Below the pieces are notes generated by a model. It ran no database searches. It was given only the letters and a program-made list of their open reading frames with translations, and had not been told where the DNA came from. Shown here piece after piece: positions 1 through 6,524 of a stretch of 24,895 nt of DNA. The position numbers and the translations under genes were made by a program. Source of the DNA: an uncultured Gemmatimonadota bacterium (GTDB lineage Bacteria > SM23-81 > DAOVCL01); NCBI GenBank assembly GCA_964626665.1, contig CAZVGK010000038.1:1-24895 (forward strand), in the 5' to 3' direction. Positions within the stretch are counted from its first letter, which is position 1, and each line of letters begins with the position of its first letter.

Positions 1-126
1 GCCACCATCTTAGCATTTTCAATGTTTAATTTATTTCCAAAAGGTGGAATCCCTGATTATGGAGCGAGCAAGAAAAATGTTGGGAAATTTATGGAGAGTC
101 TGAATAAAAACCTAAACAAACTATGA
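1..126 (+). CDS. 3' end of a hypothetical CDS entering from the left edge
   Basis: Frame 1 is open from base 1 (ATILAFSMFNLFPKGGIPDYG...NKL) to TGA at 124-126. No recognisable motif. Confidence 0.4.
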   Translation, partial: ATILAFSMFNLFPKGGIPDYGASKKNVGKFMESLNKNLNKL

Positions 127-217
127 ATGACACAAAAGATCGAAAGACGCCAAACCGAAGAAAAGAAAACAGTTACGCATTGATAATAGTGAAGAAATAA
201 ATATCCGGGGGTGAACA

Positions 218-751
218 ATGAAGTGGATAGCAAAAAGGATCTTGCTGAGATCACAAGGCCATATGGACAGAGCATTGACTCAATTTGTAAGCCCATTCGT
301 TGAGAGAATTAGGCAAAAATATGGAATTACTGATTGGTATTGTAGCAGAAAAACTGACGAAGACCGGACTATGCCTTCTGTGAGGATTTACCTAAATGTC
401 GATGAGGCAATAGAGAACGAGTTATTATCTGAACTGGGTGAATTACTTAACAGGAAGAGAAGTGTAATTGGTTGGACAGGCCAATATAATGAGCCAGATC
501 CTACTATAGAACCTTCTAAACCCAATTTAAAGCGAATTCAAAGGGGTTGTGAAATTGCCTTAAAACTAATGATAGCTTATCCTGGTGCAAATAGGCACAA
601 TACCCGAGAATTTCTAGTTGATTTGAGACAAGAGGTAAATGCATTTCTATATTCCATGAATGGGGAGTATGATTGGGAGGCAATCCATTTTATAGCAAAC
701 AACTTAGGTTTAAGAGATGAATTCATTATTCGACTTGCATCAGTTCAATAG
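218..751 (+). CDS. Hypothetical protein resembling the lantibiotic dehydratase C-terminal / thiopeptide-type bacteriocin biosynthesis domain
   Basis: GGGGTGA SD before ATG. N-terminal pattern W...D..LTQFVSPFVE.I...GITDWYCSR..D....VRIYL and C-terminal IHFIANNLGL..E recall Lant_dehydr_C (W..FFxRY.D..HxRxR ... HM..NRLG..E). Recognised by eye only. Confidence 0.6.
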   Translation: MKWIAKRILLRSQGHMDRALTQFVSPFVERIRQKYGITDWYCSRKTDEDRTMPSVRIYLNVDEAIENELLSELGELLNRKRSVIGWTGQYNEPDPTIEPSKPNLKRIQRGCEIALKLMIAYPGANRHNTREFLVDLRQEVNAFLYSMNGEYDWEAIHFIANNLGLRDEFIIRLASVQ

Positions 752-786
752 TAACCGAGCGGACAAAAGGGAGTAGGGGACAAAAG

Positions 787-822
787 ACAAAACTTCCCAC
801 TTTGGGATATGGGAGGTTTTGT
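787..822. terminator. Stem-loop after the 218..751 gene (putative terminator or REP-like)
   Basis: ACAAAACTTCCCA (787-799) pairs with TGGGAGGTTTTGT (810-822), one G-U pair. Confidence 0.5.
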
Positions 823-932
823 AGGGGAATGTAATGAGAAATCATATGGCAAAGAAGAAAAAATCAGTTATATTGTGCTTTAGCAAAGAGGAGAGAGATT
901 TAAGCTCTAAAAGGCAGGAAGGGAGCAGTAGG

Positions 933-2363
933 ATGAAAAAATTATTGTCCCATATCATTATTGTTTGGTTGGGAATAGGCATACTCATTTGTTACTCCAA
1001 TCTTGAAGTTTGCCAAGCAAAAACGGGAGCTCTCGCTGAAACAAATCCCCTCGCATGTGCTCTTTTTTTCGCCAAGAGGATAGACTATCCTATGGATAAA
1101 GTCGATCAGTTGCTCGAAGTAGCCACCCGGTATGTCGAAGTTGGACAAAAGAAGAAAACCCTTGGGATACTGTCCATGACCCTTCAGGAAACTGAGGAGG
1201 TGTCCCCTTCAGCTTACTTGAGTTCTTCCCCATTTTGGAAAGCCTCACAACTGGCTGCTATAGCCGGGGGGTACGCTAAAGCCGGGCAAAAGGAGAAAGC
1301 TCTGAAGATATTGTCCGAGGCCCTTCGGCTGGTCAAAGAGTTGGAATATGCCTGTGATGAGCCCTACTTGAAGTCCAGGACATTGGCTGAAATAGCTGGA
1401 GGGTACGTGAAAACTGGAGAATACGAGCGCGCCTTTCAGATAGCCAAAACAATAGAGAAACCAGATAATGAAGCCAAAGCGTTGATTGAGATAGCCACCA
1501 GATATAATGAAATCGGACAAAAGGAAAAAACTTTGGAGATACTGTCAGAGGCTTTTTGGGTTGCCAAATCAATAGAAGCTACCTCAAGCATGGAAGCTCA
1601 ATCAGAAGTTACCAAATTGGTTGAGATAGCTACCACATACGATCGAATTGGAAAAGAGGGAAAAGCTTTGGAGATATTATCCACGGCCCTTCAGATTGCC
1701 AAAATGCAGGAGTCCACCACTGAGGATCGTTCTTACAAAGTCAGGACATTGACTGAGGTAGCCAGTGGTTATGCGGAAATCGGACAAAAGGAAAAAGCCT
1801 TAGAGATACTACCTGAGGCTCTTCAGGTTGCCAAAACGGTAGTTGTTGAGGGCGAGGAGATGTGGCTTCTGACTGGGAGTTTGAGTTGGCTTTTGATTGG
1901 AGAATCAGGACCCACTGCATTAGCCACTGTAGCTAGCAAGTATGCCGAAGTTGGAGAAGAGGAAAAAGCCCTAGAGATACTATCTGAGGCTCTTCAGGCG
2001 GTCAAAGAAATTGAGCATTCTGACAAACCTTCTTTCAGAGCCAAGGTATTAGCCGAGATAGCTGGCGGATATGTCCAAGCTGGACAAAAGAGGAAAGGCT
2101 TGGAGATATTGGCCTCGGCCCTTCTTCTTGCCAAATCGATCGAGGATCCCAGTATAAAAGACATGGTGTTATATTTCATTACTGAAAGATATGCAAAGGC
2201 TGGTCAATACCACCGTAGCCTCCAGATAGTCAAAAACATAGACGGTCCATATTACAAAACCAGGGCGTTGTTGGAGATTGCCGATGAGTATTCTAATTCC
2301 GCACAAAGGTTAGATAATCGAGCGAAGAAAATTTTGCACGAAATTATAACAGGAACTAAATGA
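933..2363 (+). CDS. Secreted TPR-like alpha-helical repeat protein
   Basis: ATG 933 (in frame with ORF 834) gives a signal-peptide-like MKKLLSHIIIVWLGIGILICY..CQA. About 8 repeats of L.EIA..Y...GQKEKALEILSEAL..AK.IE. Confidence 0.8.
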   Translation: MKKLLSHIIIVWLGIGILICYSNLEVCQAKTGALAETNPLACALFFAKRIDYPMDKVDQLLEVATRYVEVGQKKKTLGILSMTLQETEEVSPSAYLSSSPFWKASQLAAIAGGYAKAGQKEKALKILSEALRLVKELEYACDEPYLKSRTLAEIAGGYVKTGEYERAFQIAKTIEKPDNEAKALIEIATRYNEIGQKEKTLEILSEAFWVAKSIEATSSMEAQSEVTKLVEIATTYDRIGKEGKALEILSTALQIAKMQESTTEDRSYKVRTLTEVASGYAEIGQKEKALEILPEALQVAKTVVVEGEEMWLLTGSLSWLLIGESGPTALATVASKYAEVGEEEKALEILSEALQAVKEIEHSDKPSFRAKVLAEIAGGYVQAGQKRKGLEILASALLLAKSIEDPSIKDMVLYFITERYAKAGQYHRSLQIVKNIDGPYYKTRALLEIADEYSNSAQRLDNRAKKILHEIITGTK

Positions 2364-2426
2364 GAGAAAGATAGCCTTGCTCAAGTAATTCTGAGAAAAG
2401 ATCAGGTAGCTCCAAGACCACCCTAC

Positions 2427-2482
2427 AAAAGGCAAGGGGAAACCCTTGTTTTTTGTATCATTTGGGTTTGATTACATAAATC
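2427..2482 (+). repeat. Copy 1 of a triplicated promoter/palindrome site (core in inverted orientation)
   Basis: AAAAGGCAAGGGGAAACCCTTGTTTTTTGTATCATTTGGGTTTGATTACATAAATC; aligns with 3398-3456 and 5412-5469. Confidence 0.7.
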
Positions 2483-2808
2483 GGTTCTTCTCCATTTTAG
2501 TTGATGCAATTTCGTGTAACTTCCGAAGTAATCGTGGGTTGTATAATGATCTATCTCGCTTGCAATATGGGAGATTACAAAACCCTAAATTGCTAAGCCT
2601 GTATTATTTAGGCGGTTAGTATTCTAGTCATTTCTACAAATTCACTCGCTCTATGATTATGAAAAACAGGGAGTTTAGTAAACTCAAAATGGGAAAAGTT
2701 GCCATTTTGAAAATCCAGAATATGGATAACCTCTTAAAATTAGGTAACTTATACTATCAACTAAAATGGAGATGAACCCATAAATCCAATTATTTACTGG
2801 AGGTAACT

Positions 2809-3252
2809 ATGGAACCATCGCCCCAAAAGAGTGCATCCAAGTGGAGTAGAGCATCCAAGTGGAGTGAAGAGCACGGGGCACCTCTTGGGTGCGTGGGTTG
2901 TTTTACTGTCGTCTTCGTAATAGTAATAATTGGTGTTTTAATCTCTTATTTTTCGGGTGAGAATCCTCTCCAAAACTCGCTCAGAGCATCGGTGGAATTT
3001 ACGGGCACCCAGTTTATGATCACAAACAACGATGATTTTGACTGGTCAAATGTTACTTTCACAATAAATCCTGGTTATCTTGGAGGTGGTTTTAGTCTCT
3101 GGGTCTCAAGGGTCCGTTCGGGACAAACCTATAGTGTAGGAACAATGCAATTCGCAAAAGGGGATGGAACAAGGTTTAATCCCTTTACAACTAAACCTCA
3201 GGAGATCTCTATTTCGTGCGATGAAGGTTTTTGGGGAGGTGGTTGGAAATGA
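2809..3252 (+). CDS. Hypothetical single-pass membrane protein with extracytoplasmic beta-rich domain
   Basis: GGAGGT SD; hydrophobic segment GCVGCFTVVFVIVIIGVLISYF; N-terminal tandem ASKWSR/ASKWSE. Confidence 0.75.
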   Translation: MEPSPQKSASKWSRASKWSEEHGAPLGCVGCFTVVFVIVIIGVLISYFSGENPLQNSLRASVEFTGTQFMITNNDDFDWSNVTFTINPGYLGGGFSLWVSRVRSGQTYSVGTMQFAKGDGTRFNPFTTKPQEISISCDEGFWGGGWK

Positions 3253-3272
3253 TGAGAGTACTTAAAGTATAG

Positions 3273-3391
3273 GCCGATCACTTAGGACATAAGAATATCC
3301 AGAGCACGGCCATCTATGCTAAGATGACTAAGAGAAGAGAGAGGAGATCCTTAAGAGGATGGAAACCTCTCCAGTCATTGCCGAGATTTGA
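3273..3391 (+). pseudogene. C-terminal remnant of a tyrosine recombinase (XerC/FimB-like box II), frameshifted
   Basis: 3273-3329 translates ADHLGHKNIQSTAIYAKMT (LGH..I..T..Y with the catalytic Tyr at 3315-3317). In-frame TAG at 3270-3272. After a shift in the (GA)n run it reads EEILKRMETSPVIAEI* ending at 3391. Confidence 0.8.
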
Positions 3392-3397
3392 AAAACT

Positions 3398-3456
3398 AAA
3401 AGACAAGGGAAAAATCCTTGCCTTTTGTGGTGCTTTAGGTTTATAATCAAACCCAA
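3398..3456 (+). promoter_or_regulatory. Copy 2 of the triplicated site; sigma70-like promoter with a palindrome over the -10
   Basis: TTGCCT (3418-3423), 18-nt spacer, TATAAT (3442-3447). TTAGGTTT-ATAATC-AAACCCAA palindrome; CAAGG..CCTTG upstream. Confidence 0.7.
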
Positions 3457-3556
3457 CCCTCCCCGTTAGTTGTAAAATGATTCAACTTTACGAGAGGTAT
3501 TGCAAATTTGTCGGATATAAACGAGATGAGCTAAATAGGTCAATAATCCAGTAAAC

Positions 3557-4338
3557 GTTAGGCGTCATTATTGATAATAAGACTGTGAAAGAAGCTGCGG
3601 GCCTAGCCTTTTTGATGAAAGGAGGTGAGATCTATGTGGATAGTTACATCCAAACGATCGACGGCATTATTCATTAGTCTCGCTTTGATCTTTGTTCTTG
3701 GTGTGATTCCTTCGATAGCACAGCAGAAGACCAAGATTGCAGGGAAAATGACGGTTGCTTACACTCGACAAGAAACGATTGATATTGGTGACATTGAAGG
3801 GCACATCATTTCCCTGGGTGAATCTGAGGGGACTAATGTTAGTACCGGTAAGCATAAGTTCATGGATGGTGCCCAGGTTGTTAACATGTCATTTGGTGAT
3901 CTTGTTAAGGGAAACGGACCTCATCAAGGCTATCTAAAACTTACCAAAAAGGGCAATGCCGTCTTTTGCAAATGGGAAGGCAAAGTCACTACCAAAGGCA
4001 CCTCTATGCCGACATTTGAAGGTACCTTCTCTTATATAAAAGGGACTGGTAAGTTCGAAAACATCGAGGGGGATGGCACCTATAAGGGAAAGTATATTTC
4101 AAAGACGATATACACTGTGGAATGGAAAGGCCAATACTCCATCAAAAAGTGAGGAAATGGCCTCCTCGTTAGATCCCTTATAGGAGAAGTCTTTGCAGGC
4201 CCGCAGCTTGGCATATTACAAAATGCAGAGGAGGGTTTGTTGAAGGGTCGAAACAGCGCCTAACAAAAAATTAGTCCTCCACTTCGTTTCGCCAAAATCA
4301 GTCTTCCGCTCACTTCGTATAGCCCGAAACCGTTATAT
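3557..4338 (+). mobile_element. Integron-type gene cassette with a degenerate attC; no intI visible in the window
   Basis: Core site GTTAGGC at 3557-3563 is the exact complement of GCCTAAC at 4258-4264 after the gene. The attC-like stretch ends CACTTCGTATAGCCCGAAACC-GTTATAT (4332-4338, near GTTRRRY). Confidence 0.65.
3634..4152 (+). CDS. Hypothetical exported beta-barrel-like protein (cassette cargo)
   Basis: AAGGAGGTGA SD before ATG 3634 (in frame with ORF 3625); signal peptide ALFISLALIFVLGVIPSIA; GTF..I.GTGKF..I.G.G motif as in dirigent/allene-oxide-cyclase-like barrels (inference). Confidence 0.75.
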   Translation: MWIVTSKRSTALFISLALIFVLGVIPSIAQQKTKIAGKMTVAYTRQETIDIGDIEGHIISLGESEGTNVSTGKHKFMDGAQVVNMSFGDLVKGNGPHQGYLKLTKKGNAVFCKWEGKVTTKGTSMPTFEGTFSYIKGTGKFENIEGDGTYKGKYISKTIYTVEWKGQYSIKK

Positions 4339-4463
4339 TAAATCGCCACCAATTTGAGCCTGGTTGGAAAGCTGGTTTGTTGGGAGGGGTAAAAGATTTG
4401 GGTGCTAAATCTTATTTCAGACATACGAATATTAATGGGCCGGAAAAATTAAGGAGGACAGCG

Positions 4464-4880
4464 ATGAAAGTCGCATCGATTATGACCGAGAAAGTGTTCA
4501 AGGTAAGAATGGATGATTCTATCGGAACAATTCGTAATATCTTGGAGCACGTTGAGTTTCACCATCTTCTGGTTGTGAAAGGTAGAGAACTGGTTGGTAT
4601 CCTATCGGATCGGGATGTCTTAAAGGTACTCAGTCCATTTTTAGGCACGCTCTCTGAGGAGTCACGCGATATGACTCTTCTAACTAAGAAAATTCATCAG
4701 ATTATGACTCGAAGACCAATAACTGTGGACAAAGGCACCCACATAGAAATTGCCGCCAATCTCTTGTTGGAGAATAATATATCATGTCTTCCTGTGGTTT
4801 CACCTAAGGGTGAAATCGAGGGAATCGTAACGTTGAAAGATATTCTCAGATTTTACATTGAGGGGAATAAAGCTACCTGA
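4464..4880 (+). CDS. CBS-pair domain protein (AcuB-like)
   Basis: AAGGAGG SD before ATG 4464; two CBS motifs (HHLLVV..ELVGILSDRD; ISCLPVV..GEIEGIVTLKD). Confidence 0.9.
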   Translation: MKVASIMTEKVFKVRMDDSIGTIRNILEHVEFHHLLVVKGRELVGILSDRDVLKVLSPFLGTLSEESRDMTLLTKKIHQIMTRRPITVDKGTHIEIAANLLLENNISCLPVVSPKGEIEGIVTLKDILRFYIEGNKAT

Positions 4881-4881
4881 T

Positions 4882-4910
4882 TTGACAATCTCTCAAAATC
4901 TATCTAAAAT
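4882..4910 (+). promoter_or_regulatory. Near-consensus sigma70 promoter
   Basis: TTGACA (4882-4887), 17-nt spacer, TAAAAT (4905-4910). Confidence 0.7.
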
Positions 4911-4916
4911 TCAATT

Positions 4917-4995
4917 GCCGAGGGACGCGTCTCTGGCCAGGAGACCCCACTCTTGACCAACATAAAGCAGTTTAATGTTGAGGTGGGGATTTTTT
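4917..4995 (+). ncRNA. Candidate ~80-nt small RNA or attenuator leader
   Basis: Directly after the promoter: hairpin GCC-G-AGGGAC-GC-GTCTCT-GGC (4917-4937), then a long hairpin CCCCAC..CAACAT../..ATGTTG..GTGGGG (4945-4988) followed by a T6 run. Confidence 0.4.
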
Positions 4996-5197
4996 ATATC
5001 AAAAGCAAAAACTGCTGGACAAATGCCCAACGGTTTTGTAGTTTGATGTTAGCTTCGGTCTTATCGAGGATGTATCGCAGTATCCGATAACCAACTTACT
5101 CTCTCTCGCTTAAAAGGAATATCATTCTGGGTTGTGCGTCGGAGGACCACGATAGTTCACGAGGTATTTAAAATAAATACCACAGGAGGATGGTAAA

Positions 5198-5347
5198 TTG
5201 GCAAAAAGAAAGGGAGTCTATAGGGGCAAGAAACGAGGGAAGGAACTGAAACGTCAAGAAAAACAGGAAAAGAAAAGGCAGCGGCGCTTTGGTAAGGAGG
5301 ATACTCAGAAGGATACTGAAAGGACAGATGGAGAAGTGGGTGATTAG
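5198..5347 (+). CDS. Small Lys/Arg-rich protein (49 aa), not in the ORF track
   Basis: CAGGAGGA SD 7 nt before TTG; MAKRKGVYRGKKRGKELKRQEKQEKKRQRRFGKEDTQKDTERTDGEVGD*. Resembles small basic proteins seen next to RRM/cold-shock genes (recollection). Confidence 0.7.
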   Translation: MAKRKGVYRGKKRGKELKRQEKQEKKRQRRFGKEDTQKDTERTDGEVGD

Positions 5348-5411
5348 GGGAAGAACAGGAGAATTATGAGAGGATGATGGGAGAGGTGTTTTGAGGAAGA
5401 TTTAAAAGATC

Positions 5412-5469
5412 AAAAGGCAAGAAAAAAAACCTTGCTTTTTGTAGTTTTTAGGTTTATAATTAAACCCAA
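5412..5469 (+). promoter_or_regulatory. Copy 3 of the triplicated site; likely promoter of the RRM gene
   Basis: TTGCTT (5432-5437), 17-nt spacer, TATAAT (5455-5460); palindrome GGTTTA-TAAT-TAAACC. Confidence 0.7.
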
Positions 5470-5655
5470 GTTATTCCCATTGATAATAAAACAACTCAAC
5501 TAGGAGGGAAAATCAAGAGAATTTTGACGGAAAAGGCTAAGGATCCCCTTTTTTTGTTTGAGCTTCACCCATAGTCGTGCATAGACTAACTTGTTTGGTT
5601 GTTTTAAGTTAGGCGAATTTCTGGTATAAACATTCAAGATAAAAGGGAGGTCAGA

Positions 5656-5946
5656 ATGAATCTCTATGTAGGTAATTTGTCCCACGAGGTCACCGAAGAG
5701 GATTTGCAAAAGGCTTTTGAGGCCTTCGGGCAGGTCACATCCGCCAAAATCATTACGGACAAGTTCAGTGGCCAATCAAGAGGGTTCGGATTCGTGGAGA
5801 TGCCTGCTAAAGCTGAAGCGCAGTCTGCAATCGACGGTTTGAATGGGAAAGACTTGAAAGGGCAATCGCTTAACGTCGGTGAGGCTCGCCCCCGCCCCGA
5901 AGGCCGACGAGGGGGAGGAAGGCGAGATAGTGGGTGGCGCTATTAG
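5656..5946 (+). CDS. RRM-domain RNA-binding protein (Rbp family)
   Basis: RNP2 LYVGNL, RNP1 RGFGFVEM, Gly/Arg-rich tail; GGGAGG SD. Confidence 0.97.
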   Translation: MNLYVGNLSHEVTEEDLQKAFEAFGQVTSAKIITDKFSGQSRGFGFVEMPAKAEAQSAIDGLNGKDLKGQSLNVGEARPRPEGRRGGGRRDSGWRY

Positions 5947-6062
5947 TAGTGAGCGGCACTCGGGTAAATAGGGGACACTTTCCACATTTTGGTAGGTAGC
6001 AAGGGACTATCGGGTACTACAGGATTTCTCAACAAAAATATATCAAGTGTTTCCGCAATAGC

Positions 6063-6095
6063 AACCTCCCGCAAGTTTGAAACTTGTGGGAGGTT
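6063..6095. repeat. 15-bp stem hairpin (REP-like or bidirectional terminator) between convergent genes
   Basis: AACCTCCCGCAAGTT-TGA-AACTTGTGGGAGGTT. Confidence 0.6.
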
Positions 6096-6289
6096 TAAAC
6101 TCTGACATTGCGGAACTGACGGTTAAGTTCAGTAGCATCCCTCAGAGCTCTTCTGTAATGGCGTATGAGGCGGGAGAGTCTGGGATTAAGAGTCACACAA
6201 ATCGTTTCCATCTTGTTAGAACAGTTTCTTCAGAGGTAGCCAAGTATGCTCCTCGCAGAAAAGAGGCTTTTACTGGCTAATTTGATTTT

Positions 6290-6502
6290 TTACTCCACCA
6301 TCACGGCGGTGCCGTAGGCTAAGAGCTCGGCGGCACCTCCCATAATGGCTGAGGTGGTGAACCTGAGGCAGACCACTGCATTGGCTCCTATCTTCTCCGC
6401 CTGTTCGGCCATTCTGTCTAAGGATTGTTCCCTGGACTCAGCCAGCATCTTGGTATATTCCTCTATCTCCCCGCCGACGATGTCCTTCAAGCCAGCTATT
6501 AT
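6290..6502 (-). pseudogene. ybjQ: 5'-truncated YbjQ/UPF0145 family protein
   Basis: IIAGLKDIVGGEIEEYTKMLAESREQSLDRM...GANAVVCLRF...AYGTAV is the C-terminal part of the family. The frame upstream reaches the cupin stop within 12 codons, with no ATG/GTG and no N-terminal TT...G...RA segment. Confidence 0.75.
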
Positions 6503-6524
6503 AGCCCAGTCAATGCGGTCTTAT

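Noticed and set aside
123-200. 25-aa ORF (MNDTKDRKTPNRRKENSYALIIVKK) as a RiPP precursor for the downstream Lant_dehydr_C-like protein
   Set aside because: No Ser/Thr/Cys-rich core or leader motif; the only support is an ATGA overlap.
933-2363. DNA-level repeats as a DGR template/variable pair or a CRISPR array
   Set aside because: They are in-frame protein repeats; there is no reverse transcriptase, no adenine-specific pattern that I could see, and no constant repeat-spacer period.
3273-3391. Recombinase remnant as the integron integrase IntI of the adjacent cassette
   Set aside because: Box II reads LGHKNIQSTAIY rather than the IntI-type LLGHxDVxTTMIYTH, and the IntI-specific insertion region is not present to test.
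3434-3456. Palindromic core as a chromosomal dif (XerCD) site
   Set aside because: The arms do not resemble the XerD arm TTATGTTAAAT, and there are three copies.
6077-6280. 67-aa ORF on the + strand
   Set aside because: Its TTG start lies inside a hairpin repeat, with no SD and no recognisable motif.
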